A stretch of DNA of 64,000 nucleotides, from positions 1,626,307 to 1,690,306 of the forward strand of contig JAWQFM010000002.1 of NCBI GenBank assembly GCA_033442325.1, given 5' to 3'. The stretch is from Salpingoeca rosetta (Eukaryota > Protista > Choanoflagellata). Numbering within the stretch: position 1 is the first letter of the stretch; each line of letters starts with the position of its first letter. The notes under the pieces are model-generated. The model ran no database searches, had not been told where the DNA came from, and saw nothing but the letters and a program-made list of their open reading frames with translations. The position numbers and the translations under genes were made by a program. Shown piece after piece: positions 1 to 12,900 of the stretch.

Positions 1-53
<53 letters not shown>

Positions 54-153
54 GAGAAGGGGAGGGGCAAGGAGAGAAAGAGAGATGTTAGCAGCCTGAC
101 AGCAACGTTGACAGCAACGTGCACATACAGTGAACGCGCATACGCACACCAAC

Positions 154-205
<52 letters not shown>

Positions 206-540
206 GCACGCACGCACACACACACACGCACGCACCCCCTGACGCGGATCTTCCAGTTGGTGGTGTCAAACTCCACAATCTCCACGCGCTTGCAGACAAG
301 AAAGTCTTCGGCACTGAAGCGAAACAGAAACTCGTCCAGTAGCGCAAACAGCAGTGACAGTAGGTCTGTCCCTGTGGGAGGTTGAGAGTGACAAAAAAGA
401 AAACAAGCAGTGCTGGCATGTTCAGCAGGGCGCTCTGGCACAACAACAGTGGTAGCAGCTGGCACAGCTGGTGGCTGGTGCATACCAGGGACAGGCAAAT
501 TGACGGCGGTGCCTACAAACATGCAATTGCGGTGTGTACG

Positions 541-578
<38 letters not shown>

Positions 579-936
579 CACACAAACTCACCTGAGACCT
601 CAAGCTCGGACGTCTTCTCAGTGTCAATGTCAACCTTGTCCAATTCCGTCATATATCCAAACATGGCGACAACACACTGCAACGCCAAGCCATGTCACAC
701 GCACATGAGAATAGAAACAAAACACAGGACCAGCGAAGCACGCGCACGCACCGCTCAACCTAGAAAACACGATATGCACACACACACACACACACACACC
801 GATATGCACACACACACACGCGCGCGCATCCACACACACACACACACACCGATATGCACACACACACCGATATGCACACGCACACACGCGCGCGCATCCA
901 CACACACACACACCGATATGCACACACACACCGATA

Positions 937-967
<31 letters not shown>

Positions 968-1755
968 ATGCACACGCATGCACACACACACACACATGCA
1001 CACATGCACATACACACCTGTTCAAAGGACTCCTTCAGCGAATCACCCCAAGCGTGAACCCTGCAAATTGCGTTTGTTTCAAGATATGACATGGGCAACA
1101 GTGCAGTCAGAAAGGCTGTTTGAGCCGTGAGCAGCTACAGCGTGCCAGTGCGAGTCAGTGTGATGCATCATCAACCCCAAACACTAACGTACTGAATGTC
1201 TGCTGTGTGGTCGAGATCTGGGCGATGGCACAGGACAAGAGGCGAGCATCGTGACGATCGTTTCAGTGAAGTGGAAACCAAGCGGGAAGTAGCAGCAAAG
1301 GCAAGAGCAGAAACAGGAGCAGGAAGATTGAATAACAAGCAGTGTACGTGTGTGCTTTTGTGCGTGCGTGTGTGTGTGTGTGCGCTTGTGTGTGCGTGTG
1401 CTTGTGAGTGCGTGCGTGTGTGCGTGCGTGTGCGTGCGTGGTAACACGAGTGAGTTTCATTCAATCAGGAGACACGAGTTTCAAAGGGCAGTGAACAGGT
1501 GTTGGTGCTCACACGTACATTCATATTTCTTGCTGGAGGGTGCGCTAGCATCCTGTTCCGCCTTTGGCTCCTGCTTATGCACATGGCCCGTGACAAGCAG
1601 GTGTGAGACGATGACCATCGCCTCAACTTCTCAACGTCACAACACAAGGCAACTTCGATGCCAAACACACAAACGCCACGTGAAATGGCCAAGGTGCACG
1701 TCGTTGAAGAAAGCAGCTCACCTCAGCAGCTGCTGTGACTGGCTTCGCTTCGCTC

Positions 1756-1757
<2 letters not shown>
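1..1757 (-). CDS. ZBTB8OS: Archease (RtcB tRNA-ligase cofactor), multi-exon, 3' end runs off the window
   Basis: GT-AG exons ~1722-1757 ([12 protein letters not shown]), ~1519-1573 (..SSKKYEY), ~1193-1217 (LDHTADIQ), ~1018-1060 ([14 protein letters not shown]), ~591-677 ([15 protein letters not shown]..), ~237-368 ([28 protein letters not shown]). [16 protein letters not shown] is the archease N-terminal signature. Confidence 0.92.
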
Positions 1758-1829
<72 letters not shown>

Positions 1830-2379
1830 GTGAGGTTGGTGCAGTGGTGTGCGCTGTGTGTATTGGCTGTTGCTTCTTCGAGCTGCTTGTTGATGATTTT
1901 CGGTATCTTTGCATAATAATCAGCAAGGCGCGCCGCACGAACAACAACCAACCAACAACACACTTTCGACCGACCAACCAACCAACCGCCAACAGCCCAA
2001 AAGCAACAACGAAACACATTCACACACCGCTCGCTTGCTTGCTTGCTGAGTCGCTCGTTTCGACCATCAAGTGTTGTTGTTGTTATTGATACGTCTGCTC
2101 TGGCTTTCGTTGCACACCTGGTACCGACATCAGCAGCCCTTGCATTTGACGTCGTGCCAACCCACCACACCGCTGCCGTCGTTTTGGAATCGACAAACCA
2201 TTCGCAGCTGAGGTGCGCTGAAACACGCATGTGCAAACACTCACACAGCCCACCCTTTTGTCTCTCTCCCTCACTCACTCACTCGCATGCGCACTCAATC
2301 ACATGCGCACTCACACACACACACACACACTCTCTCTCCCCCCGTCTCCTTGGTAGAGCTCATACACCTTGCTTGGGTG

Positions 2380-3045
2380 ATGGAGCCCGCGTTTCCAAAA
2401 GGTGGCAGTGCCACCATGACACCACCTCCGCCATCCCAAGCGACACAGCAGTTGTCAACAAGGGAGCACAAGCCGCTACCGCTCCACGCGTGCACTTGCA
2501 CATGCACAAACGTCGAGAACGTATCCCCACCGCTCCTCCACACCAAGACAACTGTCTCAAGTTGGGCCCACTGTCCCATGCATCACCACGCAGCTGTTAA
2601 TCAACCCCACCTGTCGCACCCGGCGCCTCGTCAACCATCAGCACCAACGATAGAGCCCACTTCACCAGCACAGTGTACACCACCCATCGCTCCCGCTGCC
2701 AGCACACCACCCGGCCCACAAAACGCACACGACGCACATGTGACAAACGCCTCGAACGGCAGCTCTGCACCGAACCCAACGCGCAGCACCACCGCGGTTG
2801 TCGGGCGTCGAGCACCTGCGCTGAGCAGCAGCAGCTTCAGCGGCCTGTTTGACCCCGACGCGGACCACCCACCAGGCACCGTCGGCAGCTTCCTGTCGCG
2901 CACGGCGTCGCTCGCGCGCATCAGCAGCCTCATCATGCAGGAGGAACAACAACCGTTGGGAGTGCTGCTTGGAGGCGCGGCGACAAGCGACAGCGGATAC
3001 GGCATGCAGCCCCGCGTGTCGCAGATATGGATGGCTACTCTCACA

Positions 3046-3105
<60 letters not shown>

Positions 3106-4017
3106 TGGGGCAAAGGTCATGACTGTGGCCATAGTGGCGAGGATGATGCTGATGATGCTGGTGAGTATGGAAACGAAGACGACGACTATGGGGTTGAAGG
3201 GGATGGAAAAGAGAAGAGAGAAAGCGGCAGTGGAGGGAGAGCAGCTGCTGCTGCTGCTACTCTCAATAGCAGCGGTGTTGAAGGTGGAAATGTGGTGAGC
3301 AACAACATGGGTTCTGTTACCAGCAATGGCGCCCGCAGCCAGCACGGTGGAGAGATTGCAGCTGATGGCGATGCAGGTCGAGCCAGCGCCAACAGTCATC
3401 CACCACCTCCACCACAGTTGCAGCGAGGGACAGACCCAGCACAGGGCGGGGCATCGTGGTTGCGGCCGGCGCTGCCGTCGCGTCAGGAATCACGTGCGAG
3501 GCTGGCACCAACCCCATCTGGTGTTCCCCTCACCTTGGGCGGCATCAGCAGCTTTTTTGCCCGCGCCAACTCCATGGTGCTGCGCAGTGTGCCGCAGCCA
3601 TCAACGCGGCTGACGGGCCTGTCGCAGCTGCTGAGCGCAGACGTGGACACGGTGCATCCGATCTACGAGGACGGGGACGACGAGTTCTTCCAGGGGTTTG
3701 ACGACGACCTTGCCAGCATGCTGGACCGAGCATCCTCCCGCGGATCGTCCATGCACGGCGGATATGGGGAGGCGTTGCCGCCCTCGCCATCCGCCATTGC
3801 ACAGGGCCGTACCCACTCCCGCGCACACCCGACACCCACCCCACTGCAACCCACTCAGCAGCAGCAGCAGCGGCAGCCTGGTGGTGGAGGTGGGCAGGTT
3901 GCGTGGCAGCGCATGCTGTCGAATCCGTTTGAGTGCTTCTCCACCGACACTGGCGAGGATGACCCGGCATTAATTCCTGCTTGTGCTGATGATGGCAAAG
4001 GCGGCCGTGGTCCCGCT

Positions 4018-4056
<39 letters not shown>

Positions 4057-4698
4057 CAAATACAACAACAACAACAACAACAACAACAACAGCAGCAGCT
4101 GATGGGAGCCCAACCCCTCCATCCAAGCTTCTCATCACTCTTTCCCTCGCTACCGGCATCTGCTCTCGCATCTCCACAGCCCTCACTACTGAGACAGATG
4201 CTGCCGCCACCACCACCACCACCACCACCGATGATGCAGCCACAGGGTCAGGCGTGTGGCCCCGGTCAGCAGGGCAGTCCTGTTACATCGCGTGCGAAGC
4301 AGCCGAAAAGCGGCCGCAGCGAGGCAAGTTTGGGAGGCGACGAAGGTGATGAAGGCCAAGCCCAAGGCCTGCGGGTGAAGAGGGTTTCGTCTCTCAACCA
4401 GCAGCTGCACCAGGAGCGGTTGCGAAAAGCGGGAGCGGCTACAGGGCGGCGGCGGCGGCGGCATGGCGGGAGGGCTCGGCCAAACGCGCGCGCTGGCCCG
4501 CTTGGTGGCGCCCGCGTCTCCCCTATTGTGACGCGCGGCACTCACCGTGCGCCGCACCTCCGCTGGCCGATCCTGCAGAGCACGGGCGATGGGCATGTGC
4601 GCGTGCACAGGGGAGGCACTCTTGCCATGATGCAGGAGACGCAGCGACTGCTGCAGCGGCCACAGCTCCTCTACTACGAATTCCCGCCAAGCTGCTGA
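2380..4698 (+). CDS. Hypothetical intronless low-complexity (polyQ/Pro/Gly) protein, ~770 aa
   Basis: Long ORF 2287-4698, first ATG at 2380, coding-like composition without CA/GT runs; no recognisable domain. An upstream exon cannot be excluded. Confidence 0.65.
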
Positions 4699-4966
4699 CT
4701 CTGTGCTTGTGTTGTGTTGTGTTGTGTTGTGTTGTGTTGTGTTGTGTTGTGTTGTGTTGTGTTGTGTTGTGTTGTGTTGTGTTGTGTTGTGTATGTATGT
4801 GTATGTATGTGTGTGTGTGTTGTGTATGTGTGTGTTTGTCTCCGTCTGCGTCTAATGGAAACCATCCATCCCACCAACCCCACGTTCACCACCATCCATC
4901 CTTGTTCACCAACCAACCACCTCGCTTTGCCGATTATTGGATTAAATCATTCACAAATTGTCCACA

Positions 4967-5742
4967 ATGGCTCCAACAGCGTCCGCGAAGGACAAGGTGT
5001 GACAGGCAGTGTAGCAGTGCAGCAGCAGTTGCTTTGATGGCCATCAACTCTTCGTCTTGTTTGCTTTCTTTCTTGCTTGGTCACTGCGCCTCGCTAGCAC
5101 TGCTTTGTGAGGTCTTACGCGGCGCCCTTTTGTTTAACAGGACGCCTTCTTGGACCGCATTTACTGGGCGAGGCAAGCCCTCGCGCTGTTGTGCGGCATC
5201 ACCTTTGGTGCTTTTCCACTGACGTCCTGGGCTGGCTTTGTCAGGTGAGCGAGTGTGTGTGTGTATGTGTGTGTGTTATTAATGTGGCTGAATGTATGAT
5301 GAAATATGGGATTACACGCACGTGTGTGTATTGTGTGCTTGAGAACAACAAAGTGCATCTGCACGTGTCGAAAACACGTTCCCAAGTCATTGGTTGAGCG
5401 TGCTAGCAACTCACATACATTACTTCAACGACACACGTGGTCACACAACGCAACACCATGGCAGCTTCTTCTTGGTGGTGCTGCTCGGTCCGCTGCAGTG
5501 GGCTCAGACCATGTACAAGTCACAGATGGCGCTGTTGCACCTGGAGCAGACCGATATCTTCTCCGAAGGATTCCAGCCGTCGCTTTTTGTCTTCATGGTG
5601 CGTGTGCATGTGTGCGCGTACATGTCTTGTTTGAATACACATGTAACTATGTACATCGCTGCACCGCTGCTGTGTCCACAACACCATGCCACTGTATCCA
5701 CCCTCCACGTCTTCGCCACAACTCCGTCTCACTTTTTCTGTG

Positions 5743-5773
<31 letters not shown>

Positions 5774-5835
5774 ATCTGTGCCTGTAGGCGTCATGGATTC
5801 TGGTCTACACGACCTTGTACGGCGACTTTGAGTAA
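4967..5835 (+). CDS. RAB5IF: Rab5-interacting factor / OPTI (C20orf24, EMC6-like) small membrane protein
   Basis: Exons ~4967-4996 (MAPTASAKDK), 5141-5244 (DAFLDRIYWARQALALLCGITFGAFPLTSWAGFV), ~5465-5597 (..DIFSEGFQPSLFVFM), 5788-5835 (ASWILVYTTLYGDFE*). Matches family motifs D.FLD.IYW.RQ and EGF..SF..FM..WI..YT. Confidence 0.88.
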
Positions 5836-6366
5836 TGCAGCACCGCACCACGCATTGTTGCTGAAAGCCACCACCACCGCCGCCGCCGCCATCCATAACA
5901 TCAATGACATCAGCACCAACAACACCATCACAACAGCACCCAGAACAGCCTTTGTTCTTGTTCGGTTGCTTGCTTGATCAAACGATTCAGCCATTTGCAA
6001 TCTTCACGTGCGTGTATATACACCGGCTTTGCCCGTGTTAGCGAACATTATAGAGAGATACATGCGACAAGCAGTAGTGTGCAGCCACAGTTCGGTTTAA
6101 GCGAGTCAATTATTATACTGGAGTGGGATTGAGAAGTTGAGAAGTTGAGAAGCGAGGAGGGGGGGGGGGGTGTTGAGGACAAGAAAGAGGAGGTGTCATG
6201 ATGTGAAACACAATCAAAGTGCAGCACAGATATCGGCGTGCAATGGCACCGCCTCCTGCAACTTCGAACACATCAACCATTCACACGCACACACACCAAA
6301 AAAAAAAAAAAATCGTGTGGCCTTACATTGCACGTTGCTTGGCAGCACAGTGGGCCACGGGGCCCG

Positions 6367-6955
6367 TCACGGCACTGTGCCTGCAACGAGTGAGCACACG
6401 TGCGTGAGGCCGTTGTCTGTGCACGAAAGCAGCAGCTCTCCATCCTCCCATGACATGTCCTCCCACTCCCGGCCCTGGTGTGAGGTGGAGAGAGAAAGAG
6501 AGAGAAAGAGAGAGAGGGGGGGGGGGGCGGTTTGTGGTGGTGTGAGAGGCGGCGAAGAGAGTTTCAGAGGGAGGGGGAGGACACAGGGTGGCAGCATCAG
6601 CAGCAACAGCGAGCAGTCACAACAGACAAAGAATAACATTGAACAGAAACGACGACCGACCTCTGGCGGCGGCGGGCACTCGATGAGAACGCAGCGGTCA
6701 GCAACGCCCTGCGTGTGTATGCGCACAGCGCCTGGAAGGAGAAACGCAACTTGCTGTGCAGACATGCGAACACATGCGCGCGGCACGCGAGCGAAGGTCT
6801 CGATGGCTGCAGTGCGATTGCTGTTTCGTCGACGCACGGGTCGTTGTCCACACGTCATAGACGTCACTCTCCACCCAGTCCCACCTGTATGCATGAATGC
6901 GTGAGTGTGTGTGTGTGAGTGTGCGAGTGTGCGAGTGAGTGAGTGGGAGAGAGAG

Positions 6956-7047
<92 letters not shown>

Positions 7048-7200
7048 NNNNNNNNNNNNNNNNNNNNNNNNNNNNNNNNNNNNNNNNNNNNNNNNNNNNN
7101 NNNNNNNNNNNNNNNNNNNNNNNNNNNNNNNNNNNNNNNNNNNNNNNNNNNNNNNNNNNNNNNNNNNNNNNNNNNNNNNNNNNNNNNNNNNNNNNNNNNN

Positions 7201-7275
<75 letters not shown>

Positions 7276-7757
7276 CACAGCCACACACACACACACAGCC
7301 ACACACACACACAAGTGCGAGCGAGCGATGTGGAAACCTTCATCGATGCGGCGAGGGTGAAGACGGAGACGTTTCCGTTGCTGAGACCAAACAGAAGGAC
7401 ACCGTCAATATGTCCGACGCTCGTCACGCTCCCAGACAGCAGAATTGGCCGGTCCTTCAGCGCTGTACGTGGTCATGGGGATGGAGGGTGATGTGAAGGG
7501 TGAATGTGATGTGAAAGGTGAATGTGATTTGAAGGGTGAATGTGATTGGGCATTGATGTGGACGTGCTCCTTACTTGCTTACAATGCATTCCCTCCCCTC
7601 CAAAACACAAACACACACAGAGGCAAATACCTGCTGTGGATGATGCTTTGGCTGTGAGAGAGACGACGGAGAGACGTGCGCGCCCAAGCTCGGCCAGGAA
7701 GACTTGCTGTCGCGTCGGATGAGTGAAATTTAAGAATGACGCACGATCTTGCCCCGA

Positions 7758-7806
<49 letters not shown>

Positions 7807-9402
7807 GAGAGACACGCACACACGCACACACACACAGACACAGACACACACACAGACACGCACACAGACAGACAGACACACACACACACACAAAACCCCA
7901 TCCCTGTCCACCTCTACTCTGCACCTGGTTGTGGTCGTCCTGAATGGCGGAGAAGGCCTTCTGCTTTGTGGCGATGGAGCCAATAAGATGCAGCAGCTGC
8001 AGCGCCGGTGTTGCTCGGCTCTTCGGTCGCCCTTTCCCCTTCGCTCGCGACGCACTCAGCCATGAACACGCATCAAACAGAACAAAGTGGCCGTCGCAGC
8101 TCACAGCAACATGCGTGAGCACACGCGAGGCATCATTGTCGTCGTCAGCGATGTAGGTGCTGCTGCTGCTGCTACCACCCATCGCAGTTGTGCTGGTGCT
8201 TGCTGCGCTCTGCGCTTGTGGCAGCGGTGTGGTCGCAGCTGTCGATGCAGGTGTGCCTGACGACAGTTGCGCTGGCTGCGGTCGAGGGAAGAGGTGGGCA
8301 TGCTCCGCTCGCGATAGCAGTGGCACCACATCGGTGATGCTGCCGCCGCCATGGGGCACCGGCAGAACGCCCTGGTCAACAATGATGCTCTTCATGTTGT
8401 GGTGTTGTGCTTGCTGTGTTTGCTTTGCTGTCGGCGGTGGCGGCGGCGGTGCTTGCAGGCACATGTACACATGGGTGGTTGGGTGGTAGACGAACAGCAC
8501 CAAATCAGCCCCAGTTGGTTGCTGGGCGTCTTCGCCATCCTCTGCACTGGTGCTGGGATGCATGTGCTGATCTGCATCCCGGCCTTGGTGCGGCTGCACA
8601 CGCCGTCGCTGTCGCAATGGAAGGAGTGCAAAACACGGCAGCCCTCGTGCTCGCGGCGGCAGCTCCATCACCACTTGCCAATCAAGGCGACCCGAGCCAT
8701 CCGTATCGCCACTGCCGTGCTTGATAGGAGCGCCGATCAGCAGTGCCCCGGCGCTGCGGCCGCTGACATGCGGCGCCGGTGCGGGGAATGCCACCGCTGC
8801 ATTCGGCTTCTTCTTGGGCTGTTTGTTGTGTTCGGGCCCCAGTACGGACTCTGAACGAGTCCATATTCTCCCAAAGCACACCTGCGCGTCTGCCGGCAGC
8901 TGTTGCTGCTCCCACCCCTCTGCATCATCAACAGGCGCAAAGAGCATGGTCATGAAGCAACTGGGAAGGTGGGCGGCACACGCCACAACCGCACATGTGT
9001 GTATGTGTGCCGTGCGCTTGTGTGTGTGTGTGTGTGTGCGCGCGCGCTTGTTTGAGTGTGTTCGTATAATTTGCTCTGCGTCCAAAGCAGACACCATGAC
9101 ACACACACACGCACATGTCTTCTCACACCTTGAGCGTGGATAAAGTTGTCGCCTTTAATAGCTTGCAGCTCCTCGCGAATCAAGATCTCCTTCCAGGCCG
9201 CCTCAAACATCCGCTTCACAAGCCCATCTTCACACACACGCACAGAAGGCATCGTGAGCGCAGGACGTGTGAATCACGAAGCGGGTGGCATCAGGAGTTG
9301 GAGACAGAAGCAGACGCATAGACACACACACAGGCACACACACAAAAGTCAGTGCACTCACACACCGATGGTGCGAAAGGGCTCAGGCAACACAAACGAC
9401 AT
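6367..9402 (-). CDS. WDR93-like beta-propeller protein (putatively ciliary), multi-exon
   Basis: Exon 9366-9402 spliced to ~9129-9227 gives [32 protein letters not shown], resembling the WDR93 N-terminal motif LPQPYRMINKLV..LFDQSWEII. Further exons at ~7924-8975, ~7650-7703, ~7318-7463, ~6661-6808 and 6367-6475 read as beta-strand-rich. Internal boundaries are approximate. Confidence 0.55.
7048..7200. other. Assembly gap (N run) inside an intron, between a (GT)n and a (CA)n tract
   Basis: N bases flanked by (GT)n ~6959-7044 and (CA)n 7201-7312. Confidence 0.99.
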
Positions 9403-9963
9403 GGTTTGGTTTGGTTGGTTGTCCTCTTTTGCCGTCGTTACATCGAAAAGTTAAGCACATCTTCCATTAATCCTCCACAATGCCAACCCATCGATTCGAC
9501 TTGCTTGCTTGCTTCAGTGTGGCAGGGCTGTACTGCTGTTGAGACGGAAAGGACAGCGAAACGAAACAAGGCCTCCAGCTGGACAGAAACGGGAAAGCAT
9601 GAGATGAACAAACAAACGCACACACACACACACACATCAATGGAAACAAAGGGCAGACAAGTCACGTTGGATGACACATGGAACCGCGCGCTAACATGCG
9701 GGCACACTGGCATGTGCACGAGTGCAAACAACATCACCAGGCAAGAAAGAAAAACAATGGCACCACCAACACCACCAACATCAAGGCACTACCAGCACCA
9801 CTATCAGCGTCAAGGTACCAACAACACTACAGACAGCAACGGCAACATCAGCAAGAAGCTATAGCAGAATGAAACAACGGTGCAACGTGTCGACAACACA
9901 GAGCACAATCCCCCGCCAGCTGGGCATGTGCGTCTTTATGTGAGAGGTGTGATCGCGCAAGCT

Positions 9964-12900
9964 TCAAGAGGACTCGTCCACGGACAGCGCGGTGGACTTG
10001 GCGCGCACGGGCGGCTTAGGCTTTGGCTTTGGCTTGGGCGCGGGCGCGGGCGGTGGTGCGGCGGCTGTCTTGGCCGCTGTTGGAGGAGGAGCAGCCACGC
10101 CGCCGCGTGGAGGTGGACGCGGCTTGGGCTTGGCTGGCGACACGGGCGGTGCAGGCTTTTCGGCAGCCAGCGGAGGTTTGCTGTCCCACGCTTCATCGTT
10201 GGAGATGGTGGACGCCACGCTCGTCCGTGACGCCGTCTACCGCAGACAGTTCCAGAAACGGAAACCAAGCAAGGACGCGGGAGATGTGAAAGAGGAATTA
10301 GCTTGCAGCACATCGCAGCACGATCGAGCCAGGGCACAAAACACACGTACACACAGACACAGGCATTTACACAGACAGACACACACACAGACACAGGCAC
10401 TTACACAGACAGACACACACACAGACACAGGCATTTACACAGACACACACACAGACACAGGCATTTACACAGACAGACACACACACACTCACACACACAC
10501 CTACACAAACAGACGTAAACACACACATAGGCACTTGCACAGACAGACACAGACACGCACAGACGAATACACGTACACACAGACACGCACATACACAACA
10601 GCAACAAGGCCGTGCTTCAGGCTTACGTGTGTGAGGGACGTCTTGGAAGGAGTGCGATCCACCTGTGTCTCCCCGAGGAGCGAGGTGTCCGACAGCAGCT
10701 TCGCTGGCGGCGGTGGTGGGGGCAGTGCGTCGTCATCACCGTCAACAGAGACCGGCACGCCCGGTGGTGGCGGCGGCGGCAGCTGCTGCGGGGGCTCGTC
10801 TGCTGCTTCCTGCTGTGGCTCTTCAGCCTGCACTGCCGCTGGTGGCGGCGGTGGTGGTGGTGCACTCTCGGGTGGTGGCGGCAACTCATCACCTTCACCT
10901 TCACCTTCACCTTCACCTTCCTCCTCTTGTGGCATCTTCTCCTGCTGTTGAGGCACTTCACCTTCCTGCGCCTTCCCCGTCGGCGCTGGCGCTGCTTGCT
11001 GCTCCGATACCTCCTCGGTCGCACCATCATCACCGCCTTCTTCCTCTTCAGCAGCACCGCTAGTCTCCTGTGCTTCGAGCTTCTCCTCCTCCTTTTCTCC
11101 CTCCGTTGTTGCCGCTGGCTCCTCGGAGGATGGTTCCTTAACGTCTTCAGCAGCCGCGTCTGCCTGCTCCTGTTGTTGCTGTTCTTCTTCTTCTTCTTCC
11201 CCGTGCTTCTTCTCCTCTTCAGCCCCTGTTGCTGCTGCCGTCCCCTCTTCCTCCTGCTTTTCTTCTTGCTCATCGTGCTGGGCGGCAGTGGATTCTTCAT
11301 CCTTCTTCGCATCCGTGGCGACCGGAGGCTCCTCTTGTGTCCCCTGTGCTTTCTCTTCCTCGCCTTCATCACCAGCGCCAGCAGCAACAACATCGTGCGT
11401 GCCGTTCCGAGCAGCCCCGCTGTCTTCCTTCTCTTCCTCTTCCTTCTCCTCCGCTGCTCCAGTCTCCGTTTCCGCCTCCTTCTCGTCAAACCCCGCTGCT
11501 TCTGCTGCCTCCGTCTTGTCTTCAACCTTGTTCTTCTGCCTTTCTTCGTCCTTGGCCTTGTCCCCGTCTTCGTCCTCGCCCTCCAAGCGCGCTGACAGGC
11601 GGGCGTGCACCTTGGCGGCGGACGGCTTGAGCGCCGATGGCGGCAGCAGGCGAATGCCACCCACCACGCCCTTGGGCTTCGCAGCGGGCATCGGCTCCTT
11701 GGCCTTCTCCTTCTCCTCTCCCCCCTTCTCCTCACCATCAGCCTTCTGTTTGTCTGCCTCGTCACCAGCACTGCTGCCTGCTGTCGCTGCCTCAATGGCA
11801 GTGGCTTCCTCCGAGCCCACAGGCGCTGCAGCAACGCTTGCCCGCTTGCTGCTGGGTCCGCTCTTGGCTGCGTCTGCGGTGGGCGCGTCCGCTGGCTCCT
11901 CCGCTGTCGCTGCCGCCTCAGTCGACTCGTCGCTTGTCTTCTTCGTCTTCTCACCACCAGCAGCACCAGCATCGGCCTCTGCCTTCTCCTCCTCCTTTTC
12001 CTCTGGCTCGGCAATGTCATGTGACTTGGACGCTGACTTGAACAGGCGCCCAAGCAGCCCACTCTTGCGCTTTGTTTTGCCTTCGCCCTCCTCCTCAGCA
12101 CCGGCCTTGTCCTTCTTCTCTTCCTCCTTTTCTGGCGGCTGCTGTGCCTTGCTTGCTGGCGGCCTGCTCGGCGGGGCTGGGCGCGGCTTCGGCTGTGGCG
12201 CCTGCGGTGCTGCTGCTGTCGCCTCGCTGCCTGCTTCCTCGTCCACCACAGACGTGCGCTTTGGTGGGGAGCGCGATGGTGGCGGTGGACGCATTGCAAC
12301 GCGAGGCGCCTCGCTTGGTGGTGGCTTGCGTGGTGCGGCTGTTGGCGCCGTCACGGCTGTGGATGACGTTGTGCGCGACACCGTTGCGCTCGTCGATGCA
12401 TTGCCCTGCTCGTCCTCGCCGCGTGCACGGCGCTGGCGTGTTGGCGGGCGTCGACCACCGTGGCGCGGACGGCCCTTGTTGGCGTGGTGCAGCTGCGGGT
12501 TGTTGGACGCCTTGCCCGCATCAGCGGGCGGCAGCTCAAACCCAATAGGCGCCTCGTTCTTCACATCGCTGCACATGCAAACAAATTACGTGTACATGAG
12601 TGAGTGAGTGAGTGAGTGAGTGAGTGAGTGAGTGTGTGTGTGTGTGTGTGTGTGAGTGTGTGTGTGAGTGAGTGAGTGAGTGAGTGAGTGAGTGAGTGTG
12701 TGAGTGTGTGTGTGTGTGAGTGAGCAAGTGTAATTGTGCGTATGGCAGGGAAGAAATGGCGCAAGATGAGGGTGCAAGCAGGCGCAAACTCGGAGATGTC
12801 TTTGTGTGCCAGCATGTGCTCGAGTGCACAGTCGCGATGGCGACGTACATTGACATGGTGAGGTCGGTGATGCGCACGCTGTGGGTTTTCTGGCGCGCCT

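Noticed and set aside
770-960. Repeated CCGATATGCACACAC units resembling a CRISPR-like array
   Set aside because: The spacers are only CA runs inside an archease intron, so this is a compound minisatellite; no cas genes and a eukaryotic context.
10215-10645. Possible second CPI motif (SLTH|TASR) at a CARMIL exon junction
   Set aside because: Spacing does not fit LxHxTxxRP and there is no RP.
9992-12607. Long + strand ORFs (319, 327, 439 aa) over CARMIL
   Set aside because: Antisense shadows of GC-rich, low-complexity CARMIL exons.
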